A stretch of DNA of 64,000 nucleotides from Tubiluchus corallicola (taxonomy: Eukaryota; Animalia; Priapulida): positions 248,001 through 312,000 of the forward strand of contig JAQGDQ010002375.1 in assembly GCA_030141605.1 (NCBI GenBank), given 5' to 3'. Position 1 is the first letter of the stretch. The number at the start of each line of letters is the position of its first letter. Below the pieces are notes generated by a model that worked only from the letters and a program-made list of their open reading frames with translations, had not been told where the DNA came from and made no database searches. The position numbers and the translations under genes are program-made. Positions 25,410-39,400 of this stretch are shown piece by piece.

Positions 25410-28229
25410 CTACTATTATTATTACTATTACTATTTATCTTAAATGGACTTTATATATCTACCTGTATGCTTCCTCTATTGCAGAGGCCAAGTCACCTGT
25501 TCACGATGAAGTTACGACTGATTTACCCACTTATTTGGAAAACACCAGAAACACTCCTCTTGTTGTACTTGATGATTTGGACGATGCTGAACAGCATCTT
25601 CGTGAAGATCTGGCAGCTGTTACCATTGCTGATGTGAGTAATGTGGCATGCGTGACCAGATTACATTTGTAAAAATGTTGTGGTCACAAATTTTCAAGAA
25701 TTCACAAAACAAAATGGCTCTGGTTATATACCCAACTGAGGGAGGATATATTGTGTATCAGAAAATAATGGAGGCCCCTTTCCTCACTGTACAGAAGAAA
25801 CCAATGAAACATGAGAAAGAACATGTAAAGGAAAACAGGATGATTTTTCATGTCCTACCTCATTTTGAAGTTTGGTAAAAAGTATGCATTTAGTCACCAA
25901 TAATACTCCAAAAGCATTTCTGATAATTAAATAATAGATTAAAAACTTAATTAAAGGCGGTCGAGGCCCGCTACTGATGACATCACAACTGAACGTAATT
26001 TTCAACGGCAAAAACATTCCATGAGCATGTTGCGCATTTTTGCAAAAGTGAAAATTGAAGTACAGTGCTGCTGGACAACATTCATCGTGATATACTAAAA
26101 CTTGGTAAATTTTAAGATAAAAATTCATAATTTCAAATTTACCACTGTGCTCATGCATGAGCTCTCAAACGTGTGCACTACATCACAAACGAACGCCGCT
26201 GCACACAGATGTACAGTATCTGTTTTTTGTGCAATGCATTTCCGAAATGCAGACGCTAGCATCTGTCTAACTAGCAAATGGCGAAATCCATGTAACAGCA
26301 AAGAACTAGCCGCGTGAACTCGAAATTGTGTTTGTTTGGTAATAATTGTTGTACGGTAGAATGTTTTGGCCTATGGTTTAAGATGGGGTCCATTTTTCTT
26401 TTAACAGCAACTTATCTTAATATCTAGTACTGTCATGTTGCAGCTCTAATAGTCATAAACAATATGATTCATATAGGGTTTTTCAATGTGAATGGTGACT
26501 TAATTGACTCTTGTTCAACAATTTTGTTGATTTTTTTTCTGGGAATAAGACTTGGAAAGAATTTTAAATACATCTTAAATAAGAAATATTATAATGATTT
26601 AAATATTAAAAAGCATTTGTTGCTACTTTTTCATTACTTCTAAGTGTGGCAGGTTATCATTTTCTGACACCCTGTATGTCAAGGTGAATATGGCTAGCCA
26701 TTTCTGCTGATCCAGTATCTCATATTACGGGATTATCTTTAACTGTGAGATGGGTTCCAGTGATCCCACAACCCTTATGTTAAGTACAATCTGCCTTTGA
26801 ATGGTAATCTCACCTTACAGAGAGTTGAGCTTATTTTTCTTACATGGGTTGCATTTGCAGAACCACGAAATTTAAATGTTTAAATCATTTCAAAGTTGTA
26901 TTTAGCTTCATTAGATCCACACAATTCTATTTTGCTACAAATTGACATGTTATTGCGTGAACTGCCAAATTCTTTTTGTGAATGAAATTAATGTTCTCTG
27001 TTTTATAGGAAACAGTTTCCACAGATTTGCAAGATCGCAGTAGTTTCACAAACAAAGGCGGCTACTCTTCCAGTAATTATGAGTCGGTACCACTTGTAAC
27101 AATAGAGCCAGAACTGGATGTTGAAGGCATTAGCATTGCAAATAACAAAAGCTTGCACAGTTCTGATGCTAGTGGAAAATACGACAAATTCACTACAACT
27201 CCAAGAGATGATCCTGAAGCAAAGTTGGAGCGTACTCCTCGAAAGAGTAAAGTGTTCGAAGAACAAGAGGCAATAGCAGTCAACGATAAGGAGTCATCGG
27301 ATGTCTCAGATGATGACGACGATAACTATGAAGATGCATTGCCGGACTTTAGCGAGTCAATAATTGCTGCACCAAAACACAGAAGACCTCATCGCCTTTC
27401 AGATGACTTGTTGAATACATCAGACAGAGACCAGAGTGCTGAAAATAGTGAACTCGAAGTAGAAATTATGTCAGACACTGACGATGATTCGCCAGTCGCA
27501 GTGCCGAAATTCAGGCGAGTGCGCCGTGTTATGGATAGTTTCGTTGATTCTCCTAACGCCGATGTCAGGTTTTCTGCTACTGGTGCAGACAATTCAACGA
27601 GTAATAATTCTGATGATAATTTGTCAATCACTGATCTCAGAGAGATTCAAGAAAATATGGACAGCTTGAATGTTTCCACCAAACTCGATCCACTAAAAAG
27701 AAATGAAACCAGCCATCAGGATTCATCACTCGGTTTGCTAGACAGTTCTGAAGCAAATGCTGCTACTGGTAGTAGGCAAAGCGGTAGTCCTGTGATAAAA
27801 GAGAATTCAGATGCTATGTTTGACATAGACTGTGATAATTCCCCAGTGGCGAAACCGACATACAGGAGGATTCGTCGGCTTGTAAGTAGTGAATCAAATA
27901 CTCCCGAGCCAGTAGCTAGCAAAGACGTATCGTTTGCTGACAATAACAAAGCAGGAAATGATTTGAAGTTTGACCACGGTTATAGCAGCTCATCACTCAT
28001 TGTGCCTGACACTCCGGAAGAAAGCGATAACAGGGTAACTATAGGGAAGAATACTCCCGACATGGACAGCTTTGTTGAAACAGTAAATGATTCTCAAGCA
28101 GAAGACATTGAAAATAGTTTTATAGAACAAGATGATAATAGTGATGAGGATAACAGTTATACTCCATCGACAAAAACAGAAGGTTATGTTAAGGATGAGG
28201 ATTTGTATCTAAGTGACAGTGACTATTAA
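9619..28229 (+). CDS. ERCC6L: DNA excision repair protein ERCC-6-like (PICH), SNF2-family dsDNA translocase
   Basis: 17 phase-consistent coding exons: 9619-9783, 10760-10950, 11761-11886, 13603-13768, 14322-14447, 15396-15488, 16444-16646, 17579-17687, 17995-18113, 19064-19280, 19755-19987, 21396-21515, 22570-22718, 23702-23802, 24122-24221, 25485-25633, 27009-28229. Motifs: N-terminal TPR (AYDIFPSEKVKRRI), motif I GGILGDDMGLGKT, motif II VILDEGHKIKN, PICH-typical REKDATPGEK, HELICc [44 protein letters not shown], and PICH-family region NPYRYFSRQELFELF...GISDHDLMF. Confidence 0.95.
13030..13390 (+). repeat. Dispersed repeat family B, copy 1
   Basis: Aligns with 23160-23530 (acacgctgactaaaa(c/t)gcagtattttag(c/t)acaaataaaca...aaacagcgac...gttatagg). 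Confidence 0.7.
21033..21082 (+). repeat. (CAT)n/(TAT)n microsatellite
   Basis: Direct observation. Confidence 0.9.
22155..22340 (+). mobile_element. Repeat family A, 3' fragment
   Basis: Similar to 3540-3707. Confidence 0.6.
23160..23530 (+). repeat. Dispersed repeat family B, copy 2
   Basis: Similar to 13030-13390, same orientation. Confidence 0.7.
25185..25435 (+). repeat. (CTA)n / degenerate CTN trinucleotide microsatellite
   Basis: Long ctactacta run about 50 bp upstream of the ERCC6L exon acceptor at 25484. Confidence 0.92.
25824..26180 (+). mobile_element. Repeat family A, 5' fragment
   Basis: Similar to 3165-3520; the spurious ORFs 3127-3381 and 25784-26158 resemble each other. 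Confidence 0.65.
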
Positions 28230-30482
28230 ATAGTATTATGAATGGTGAAAGTTTACAATTATGTAATCATGTCAGCAGTGCAAAAAGGTTTTCTGTTCTT
28301 AGTAAATCACATGATAACCTAAATCAAACAATTAATGCAAGTAGTACTTGAGCACAGAGGAGATTCTATTTGAGATGCTGAGTCCATATTCTCAATGAAA
28401 TTGAGATTTTCATAGACATAACTTTTTACACAAATTTACCTCAAAGTCTCTGTAATAAAGAATATACTGGTGAGACAGTTGGAAAAGGTTTTCCTTAAGA
28501 AAAAGCTTGTCTTTCCTGAAATTTCTTGTCTACCCTTAATATAAATTGTGCATCCATGAATGAAATGCAATAGGATGGTAGACCAAGGATTATGCTACAT
28601 TACCAGTCTGCCAAAATGAGACACCGGAAAGATCCATATGCTTAAGGTCAACTTTCTTTTCTCAGAAATATTTTGATTTTGTGTAACATAGCACAGTCTT
28701 TTAATAGATTGATGATAAATTCAATACATTTCAAAAGCTTAATAGACATAACTTTGATTTAATGTTTTTTTGTTCTACGTTAATCTGTTTGAGGCTTGGA
28801 GAGGAGAGTGTTTGAATAAACTATGGAGCTTTCGTATGACCATAACCTATCTTATTGTATGCCATAATATTGTTTTCATATCTGAAAATGTGTACTTGTA
28901 GATACTTGTAATTTTACTCTAGTATATAATGTAGTCAGGCAGTCAGTTCCTTCCATTAATCATCAGCTAGCTGAAATGGTAAATATGTGAGACTTACGTG
29001 GTAACTTAGCTTGAGTTCACCTTACCTTGTTTTGTTATTAAAAACATTATAATAAATTATGGATATATTCGCTTCAAAATATGTGACGATGTTTGTTTGT
29101 TTGCATTGATAACATGACACACTTTAATTATCACGTATATAGCATGGAACGTTATAGCATCAATTAAATGAATGGATAAATTGTATAATTGTGCATGTTT
29201 TATGCATGTGTTAACCCTACAGTTGTCTGGATGCCTGGAAATGATATGGATTTGTCCACTGTACTCAGCTAACCATCAGAAAGTTGACAATAAACAGATA
29301 GAGAGAAGAATGAGTTTTTTTTAATATCATAGTCACAAAAATCAAATGCTTTAACCTGTTGTAATTCGATTTATTAAAACTTATACATGTATTATAATGG
29401 TATCCAGGCATGTCATGAAATGAAACAAAAATGTGATTACCATTATTTTATACGAGCATCCTGTGCAAAGCTGCAATTAAAAATGGCGACAGCTTGTGTT
29501 GATCAACAATATCTTTTCACTGATAATGGCACTTATATAGCTTTTATATAAAACGGCACAGGTTGAATACGGCCACTAAACGATTAACTAATAACAAAAG
29601 TGGCATTCGTCCATGGCCAGCTGGCTCTTTCAGCGGTTGAGATCACTGCTGAGCTGTTGCATTATGTACTGCGGGTGGCCATCAGACGTGCAGTTACTGT
29701 AGACAATAACGCAGAATATTTTGGCATTACTAACACTGTCGGCATTGGGAAACCCAGTCATTTGTAACAAATAGTCTGTTTGAGGCCTGTTATAAATACT
29801 TGGCGTTTTGATGCCAAAGTGGTAAAATTGTTAGCACGAAGCTACTGAAGCTAACCTGTCTGAATAAGACAAGCCTGTTCTGTAATAGCTTTGCCATAAT
29901 CTTTGTTAATTAGGTGTTACATATTTTTGCACAACAGGCTTGCATGCAGATTTATGCAAAACTGTTTTCATGTCAAAGCTATATTTGTGGTAAAAATGTA
30001 AAGTACAATCAATTGGAGGTATAGTATAGAGCTCGCTGCAAAATTAAGTTGCTCATTTTAGTAGTGTGTCAATGCTATGAAGCTGTGTGACAACAGTTTT
30101 ATTATATAGGCTATAGTCGAGTAAGTCTCGCCGAGAGGCTCTCAGTTAGCATTCAATTCAGATCACTGACTAAAACTTTCTCAAAAACATTCCAAGTAAT
30201 GGCAGAAAGCTAACAGAGATTTTGTAAATTGCAGAAATTCAATAAATTTGCTTCCTATAATATGTAAATAAAAAGTGATTTAATTTTGGATATTTTCATA
30301 GTTGTTGATTTCCATAATAGATAATATTGATATAGATCCTCAATTTTCAACATATGTTGTAATTTTACTTTGAATCAGTGTCAAATTCTTAAAAAATAAA
30401 ATAGCAATATCAGTAAAAATGAAAATAGTTTAGAGTTTCTTTTACTATCTACACATTGATCAGTAAATGGTATTTCAGTTTG

Positions 30483-33400
30483 TTATTTATCTCCACTAGG
30501 TGCAAATCTTTGCTGAAGCTTCCAATACTCCTTGGAAATTCTAATTGGTATTTGATCAACATGTAGATAAACTAGAAGTGTTTTCACTTGAAATGGTGTA
30601 AGTTGTATTTTGAAGCTGCTGCCTTCAGTCTGATGGATTCTAGAACTTTCTGTTACTTCTTCATAAATGTTTGACCTACATGGAAAAAAGTAAAAATAAA
30701 CAATGGAAAACAATGCATGAATGACAAAAACAACAGACATACATGTAGTAATGTCTCATTCATTGCATGGTGAAGTCATTGCAAGCAAATTGTACCTACA
30801 ATTTTCTGACTTGAAAAAACAACATAAATATAATGTTGCATAGTAACATGTTATAACTGACAAGTAACATACTAATTGCAGAATGTTTTATGTAACTACT
30901 ACCGTAGTAACATATCACTATTTCCAGTAATGTCCATGCAACATGTTACCTTTGTAAAAACCAGCAATTAATGTACAGTAACATGTCACATTCATAATAG
31001 CATAAAATGTTACATCACGACACTTTTAGTACAAATCTTGTGAAACCACTACAGTGTCCAAATAAAGAGTAATCAACTAATCGCTCCCACCTGCTTGATG
31101 AGTTCTACTGCAGCTAGAATGTTTTTTTGCGTTAAGCAAAATTTGGCAGACTGAAAAAGCTATATGAACTAATCACATCTAAGTGAAATTCAGTAGATGA
31201 AAAAATGTTTAGCTATATTGCGAAGGTAACATGCACTAACGTACGTAACAATTATAATGTCAAACTCGTTATAATGCCAACTTTTTGCAGTTCCAAAGTG
31301 GGTGGTTTAAAGAGATTTGACTGTACATGTACATGTCTTTCAACACTTGATTTTGTTTTTAGTCACTTGTATTCTATAGAAATGTAATGCTGCCAAGAGT
31401 TTAAATGTTCTTTGTCCAACCAACATAGCAATGTACTTGCAATTTTAGATTTTAGATTTAGCATTTTGCATTCCAGTTGGAGATAAATTGATCAAAATTT
31501 ATAATAATGCACTGCGGTCAGGTGTTTTGCCATTCAACTGTTCTGACACAATCAACCTTTTCTGTGCACTTGAGAAAGTGCTGCCCGGGGCAGACTGCCC
31601 GATCTTAGCTATGCCACTGTCGTCCATGTTACAAGCATGGACACATTAACACAGTGAGCACATGAACAGAAAGCTCACTATCAGAAGTAAATCAGTTTAT
31701 GTGAGCATTCTGTTCTATTGTCTTAATGGTATTCTAGCTCTTGTATAGTCGAAAATAAAGTAAGTAAATGATGACACAGGTGCCATAAACAGTGACAATA
31801 ATAATACATTATGCATTATGTTTCAGGTGCTATCTGTTGGCTGGATTGAGAAAAAATAAACTTATGCCTTTTTAAAAAAAATCAACACAAAAGATACATT
31901 ATGTTGCATTTTAGCAAAGCTGGAAAGATCTTTAAAAGTTGCAAAAGTTCAAAAAATTTCACAATACAACACACTATGCTTATTGCCTACTTACTCGATA
32001 ACTTTAGTAATTAGTATGCGATGATCAAGTGATTCGAACAACGACACTGTTGCATTAGCCGTCCCTCCGAACGACTCGTATATTCGCATTACTAAGGGAA
32101 CCGTGTCTCGAGTGTCAAGTGCATCCACCTAGAGTAACACAAGAGTATACTCAATAGATTTTGTGAAATAAAGATTCGAACAGATTAATTGGACATCTGA
32201 GGAAATGTTGAAAGCTCTTGTAACAAGGATTTTAAGAAATTTTTATTCCAGTGTGAGTCGAAGTCAGTCACAATTTTAGCTACTATCAGAAACTAGACGA
32301 TCATACTTCATCAGTAATGATTTGCTAGTAAAACGAGCAAAGATTTAATCAATATTTGTCAGACTGACAAAAATATATGTTTTCATCTGTTCAAATTCCC
32401 AGTCATATAGTACCTATGGGAGGTGAAATGCAAACCACAAGTTACTAAGACATCTTTGTAACCTCATACTTGTTAAATCTCAAGTAATAAAAGCAATACA
32501 CAAGTTATTAAAAAAATTCATCAAGCATAAGATAAAGCAAAATATAAAATTACCAAAGGAACTTTATTAGTTTAAACAATATTTTTATTACAAAGTCCAT
32601 TTGTAATAAACACAAAGATAATTAATCAAATGCTGTGATTGGCTAACGGGAACTTTATTAGACCTCAAGTCACAGAAGAAGATTTTGCGAGACTTTTTTC
32701 ATGCCTAGAGTCGTGTAGGTCAAATTAGTATCCATAAAAAGGTCACTACTAAGCAACAAATATCTAAATATTCATTGTTACGCTCCCAAGACGAGACTAT
32801 TGACCAAATTTAGAACTTTCGTTTTTGCGCACTGAAAGCAACATGAAATGAAGTCTTAAGTAGAAAGTAGTAGAAATGACAAAGCTCACATACTTAAAAT
32901 TTTATAAAATATTGATCAACAATTATCAGACAAAAATACACAAAAAAAGAAAAGTTAGTGACTCGGCATGTGAGACAGAAAAATAAAAATCAAGTTTGGT
33001 TTCTTGTTTTAAGTTTACAATATAATTTATATTTTTAACAACAAAAAAGTGGAATAAATCCAAAGTAAAGATCAGAAATCAAACAACTTAGAAAATACTT
33101 ACTAGCTTGACTGTCTCTATGACGACAGCAGGATTATCCACCTTCACAAAAGAATGGTGAAGGACATCTTGAGTGAATTGGATACTGAGCGGACTGTTCA
33201 AGTTGTAAGCTTGTTGAATAACACTAGCAGACTGGAAAGAACCTGGATTAAAATGTGTAGAAAAAGATGCTATACCATCAGAAACTAAAACAAGCTAGGC
33301 TCACAGGATGCCTTGTTTCCAAGTCACAGATCAAATAAAAAATGGGCTTCCCATCACTTTTACCAATTACTGATTCCATTCAGTAGACCAATGGATTTCT

Positions 33401-36400
33401 TATCTCTGATCACTGGTAAGTTCTCCTACATTTCTTTTCTGATAATGGTTCCATGTGCAATCTTTATAAAACTCCAATCAGTGCTATGTGTATATGAGGC
33501 AAATTTACTGCAGAAGGTTACAAATGAAGAGTGAATCAGGATATGTGTGAACTTACATTATTTTTTTTACTTTTTCAGTATTCAACAAAATACCACAAAA
33601 ACAGAATTTTCCTTGTAAAAATTAGATTTTTTTGACTTCTTAAGCAATCACCAGATCAGCAAATCTAAGTGAATGATCCTTCAGCCACAGTACAGCCAAA
33701 TACTTGTACAAAATTTCATCAGAATTCACTTACTTTTTTGGGATATTTAAAGAGAACAATGATGCAAATTTTCTCACAAAACCCAAAAATAAATAACAAT
33801 TTTGCTTCCTATTTCGCAAACAAACCAACAACCAAAATCAATAAGAAAATCAATATAGTGTGTGCACACTCTAATTTTTTGGTAACCAGTTTTTTTTGGT
33901 TAATAAACTTTTACACCAGTAAAATGTTTTACAATGGTACTGGAGAATTAAATCTGTGACTTACCTTTGAATGGCATAAGTGCATATTCGAACGAATGCT
34001 CGCCCATGTCAGAGTATGGATCAGGACTTTTGGGTGATCGCAACCTTTGAACAAATAACCAATGACCAATATTTCACATTTCAAATAAAAAACAAGATAA
34101 TCCAGAATAGCTAAATATGCACATGGATACAAAGGTAAACAGCACTGGAACCGGCTAGTAAGTGGATAGGTGACTGCACGGAGAGCGCTAGTGGGTTTCC
34201 TTTACCATACTGCTTCCAGCTATTTCTTTTATTGAAAAAAATTCTTGTACGGAAAACAAGATAATGCAGAATAGCCAAATCTGCACATGGATACAAAGAT
34301 AAATAGCACTTGATCCAGTTAGTAAGCAGATTGATGACAGCAGAGAGAATACTTTAGGGGGTTTCCTCTATCATACTGCTTCCAGCCATTTCTTTTATTG
34401 AAACAAAATGTATTTACATCCTAATGACCCTAGACACTTCAATATCTGATCTCAGCAGGTCTTGTCCTTGGTAATTAGTTATATCAGGGTCCTACCATAA
34501 TCATTCAGTACTAGTAATTGAATGATGTTATGTGCTAGGTGGATTTCAGCTTGCAATATAACAAACAGTACAAAAAAACTTTGATATGCATGTAATTGTA
34601 GGTAAGACAGATACTATAGTTATAAAAATGATCTTACAGTGACATTCTAATTGTTCCACCTAGAGTTGAGAAGCCATATTTGCAATCGTTGAGGATGGCA
34701 ACCCCGCTACCATACTCTGTCACAGCCATCCATTTGTGTCCACAAACCTGAGAAATAACGATACCAGAACAGTTTTTGAAAATTTTGATAACACTTGCTA
34801 TGTTAATAAGTAATAACAACTATAAAAATATGATTTATATAGGTTCTCAAAGATGTAATTTTTACACATGTAAACACTGAAGAGAAAGCAAAAAAAATGA
34901 GATGAGGAAAAAATAATGAAATGTGGAAAGAGCAAGATCTAGATTTAAATTTAATATTTTATTTCAAACTTCGCAAAGTTCATAAACACATCACAAATTA
35001 ATACAAATAATACAATAAATCATGAACCACAACAATAACACAAATAACAATTAACTATATAAGAAACTACGCCAATGACATCTAATTGCAGAAGTAAAGT
35101 TTGCATCACTGTTTAAAATGTTCTTGCATATAAAATTTTCACTCTTATTTAGCCTGACATATAAACTGTATGCACATTTTCTGTGAATAACATCAAAATA
35201 AATAATATTAAGTCTAGTAGAAATATATCTTGCGCTCGTATCATATGAAAAGTTAAATAGCTTCCGTGTTGATACATTATATGCAACCTTGAGTTTGCTA
35301 AGATTGTAAGAATAAAAATGTCTCCAAGTGGACATACAATAAAAAGTAGTGCAGTAAGCCAGTGATTTTCAACCTTTTTTGAGCCACGGCACATTTTTTA
35401 CATTTCCAAAATCCTCGGGCACACCACCAACCATTCTGACTGATGCGTCACGTGACCATTCTGACTGATGCGTCAGCACAGAAAGTGGTGAAATCTTGAA
35501 GTCTCACGTGGCAGGCTAGTCACATAATCGTTCACGTCTCCTGCCTCCAAATTGTGGAATTCTTTGGCCCTACAATTACGCCTGATCAAGTCGATTGATA
35601 GTTCTAAAGAAGCTGAAAACTTACTATATTAATGAAGCCGTCTGTGGTTGATTGCCCGCAACACATTTGCATTTGTATATATAGCAAACCTAAACTATGG
35701 TATATCTAAACCAGTTATGTGCTCAAAGTAAACTGTATACGAATTTACTAAGCAAACATACAACAGCGATAATTCTCTTGTTTATCATTCAATCCCGCAG
35801 TGTTTTGAGAGTCAAGTTAGTATATTTGTAATGATGCTGTACATAAACACTAACTCTACTGACTTTACAGGCATTTATCGCTCTCTGCTGCCACCCACTG
35901 AAATAGAAGAGTATTACATTATCGGCCACACTTTATTACAGCACAGACACCCGACAATGGTTAATTAGGTGATATTAGATAATTTCCCACGGCACACCTG
36001 ATGATCTCTCATGGCACATCAGTGTGCCGCGGCACACTGGTTGAAAAACACTGCAGTAAGCATTAAACAATTGTCTCTTCACGTTACCTGAACAGTGAGT
36101 AAATTTCATGAGTAATTTATTTGCTCTGCCATAGTAAATTGAACATTGTCGTAATATATCTAAATCATCTCTATTGTCATCTGATAAAATATGACCCAGG
36201 TATTTTTCTTTTTTACTAGGTACAAAACTTTTACACTGCAAAATAACAGACCCAAAAGTAAACTGCTGCATGTGAGAGAAAGAGAGAGAGAGAGAGAGAA
36301 AGGAGAGAGAGAGAGAGAGGGGGAGGGGGAGAGAAGGTAACAAAAGAGATGAGGGGAGAGAAGATGGAGAGACAGCACGAGAAAGACAGACTTTACCTCA

Positions 36401-39400
36401 TACTTGGCACTGTCCCAAGATGTATTAAGGTGATTTGGCCGGTGTAGATGACCAAACTGAATGTCATAAGTTGCAACACTAGTTTGGATGTTGAATGGAA
36501 ACTCAACTTTCAGAAATTTATGAGTCTCATTCCACTTAACCTACAAATGTACAAAAATATTAAGTGGTAACAAATGAAATTTGCTGTTCTAGTTAAAAAC
36601 AAGTAAATAATCTCTTCATGCACTCTGCTAAGTTTAGGCTGAATATACATAAAAATTGAGAGAAACAATTATACAAAAAATCTCAGTCATTAGTGTGGAA
36701 TAATTGCATTTTGACGTGCCTGTCCTGTACAAAATGCTTTCAAGACAATCTGTGCTTAAATTACATTCAATGCTCAAGTACAATAATTGGCATGTGACGG
36801 GTATATAAATTATTAAATTAGTATATGACTTTTTGGCTGTGTGTTAATTGAATTATGTCAAATTCATTCAAATCATTGTGTGTTAAATGTATTAAAGCCA
36901 GGAGCAAGAACTCTTTGGTGGAATGAACTTGCTTATACTATAGTTTTGCCAAGCTAAACCAGTATTGTGCAACTTATAAATGTTGTTGATCTATTTAACC
37001 ATGTATGAAAAAGATCTCTATTTTTAAAAAAATATGATGAATTTAGAACATGTTTGTTTTGCTAACCGGCGCATTAACTTTATTTGAATTAGCCAATTTG
37101 AAAAACACAATAATACATGACAGATGTGTTCTCAATCATGAGCAATTGTACAGCAGTAGTTTACAAAGTGATCACTGCATTCATGGGTGATTATTCATTC
37201 ACATTACACTATTTTTACAGTCATTATTTCCTACAACAGTACCATTGCATGCATATTTGGGCAAAGCACAGTAATGGACCACCTAACTGTAGCCCACAGC
37301 ATTATTATTTCAAGGCAAAGGGACTTGCTTAGTGTCACGGTGCATACTTAGTAACATCATGTTACCAAGGCTGAGAACCTCAGGGGAAATACGTTTTTTA
37401 AAATTCCATGGCCTCCAGCTATAGTTAACATAATATCATAAACCTCAAATAACTGGTTTTGTGAGCCTTAAATAATATGGTTCATATGGTACAATATATC
37501 ATTAAAGACATTTTGACCACATTCCACAGATTGATGGGACACAAATATTATGAATTTCAAAAATGTTTAATTTAAAAATCAAGAAAAGAAAGTGTTTATA
37601 ACTGGTTTCATCATGACCTTGACTATTTTTCTCACTAGGGGAGTTACCAATTCAGTGTCTAATCTAAGGCGTGAATTAATTTACATAATTAGCTAGATTC
37701 TGATCCTGCCACAAGCATATAACAATATTAGGGTACGATTCAGAACAATAACAAAGGAGTTTTTACTTTAATACCGTTGAGATGCAGCCGATAAACGGTA
37801 AGTTTGTATTAGCAATGATTTATGACTGGGCTTCATTTCACGATCGTGAAAATTATACAGTGACAGTGTACAACTAACGTACTGTAATTTTACGCTTCCT
37901 CGACAACTAGGCTTTGAAGAACAGTGGCACGACAACTATACATTTTCGGCTTCAGTAACCGAAAGCATGCTGTTTACCATTACTGTCTATTACAAAAACA
38001 ATGATTTGCAGTTCAAGCTAATTGAAGAATCAAAACTGTATGTATGTACCTTTGTCGAAAACCTGATGTATGGAGAAAATGCATCGAGAGAAATCCATTG
38101 CTCAATGTAACTGCCACCAAACTCACCAGGCGGTGCTTCACCACTGATTTGAAGAGAAGTGTGAAGAGTTACTCTAAGAGGCCCACTTTCAGTAATCACA
38201 GCATCCAATCTGATGTTACTCACCGCTTTCCTAAAAACCAAGAACAAATTTCTAAATTACACATAGTGCCAACTTAACTTGCTTTGAAATCTTCGTGAAG
38301 TACTTAAAACAGAACAAGTACTACGTACTGCAAAACGCCAAACTGTTATTTTTTATGTTTCCTAGTTTTTTTACTTGTCATGCGTTTGTTTGTTTCAAAT
38401 CTAGAAAAAAATGGTTTGTTCTTCGCATGCAGGAGTTTTAACGACCTTCAGAAGAGAGCAACTACCACAAGTTGCCCAAGTTGTGCAGTTCAACTAACAA
38501 TGTACGAAAAACGCATTCATACACTGTAAACTTAAGAATACAATATTTATAAAATAGCTTTCTTAGCAAACTTTCAATTACCTGCACAGCAGTCAGTCAT
38601 TTACAAAGATTTCAAAAGACACCTTATAATAACATTCTGCACCAGTTCAGTCAAATTTAAACTTTATAATAAAAGTTTATAACTATTTAAATACATCAAA
38701 ATAAAGTTACTGCACCTTGTTTGTAAGTGATAATCCATTACGTCCCAAGCATCCCAGTATAACGGAATATCATCAAACATAACAAATTGATTAGCCAAAC
38801 ATCCGAAAGCAACAAACTCCTTTTCTAAGTCTAAAACTCTTAAAGAGACCAGCCTACCACATGAATCAAAACTTGCTGTTAGTTTATCATTGCGCAAGAT
38901 AAAAATATCACCATCTTGATGTATAACAGCATGAGATTCGTTCGGCAGCTTGGTGGTCATCGTCCCTCCTGCTAAATTGGCAATCGATGTAATGCCCATC
39001 GAAGGAATATCAGACAGCAGCAAGAACTTTGATTCTTTGTCAGAAGATACCTGTTCTGGACAATCAAGTGAACATGACAGTTTGGCTGATGACACCTTAA
39101 TCACTTCGGTTCTTGGCCAGCAGAGGGTGTTAATAACAGCAACATGACCTACTAGCCCCTATAAAGAAACAAAGCAACTCTGCTAACATCTTAATGGTTT
39201 AAAAATTTTGGAAAAAGAAACAGTGAATGTTAAAGTAAGCAAGTGGCTTCACAAGCAGAATTATGATTGATGTTTATAATTCACAATGAATTTATTAATG
39301 CAATAACTTACAGGCTGATAATGAAGCGACATGTTTTAGCAGGTGATCAAATAGGAAAACAGTATAACATAAATAAATGACGGCAAATATGCAGAGCAGT

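Noticed and set aside
25123-25637. Poly-L/T/Y ORFs
   Set aside because: Translations of the (CTA)n microsatellite; only 25485-25633 is a real ERCC6L exon.
27027-28229. 400-aa ORF as a stand-alone gene
   Set aside because: It starts at TTG just after a phase-0 acceptor at 27008 and is the terminal exon of ERCC6L.
28230-30482. Possible extra gene between ERCC6L and MAN2C1
   Set aside because: No substantial ORF or exon chain; best read as convergent 3' UTRs with several AATAAA signals.
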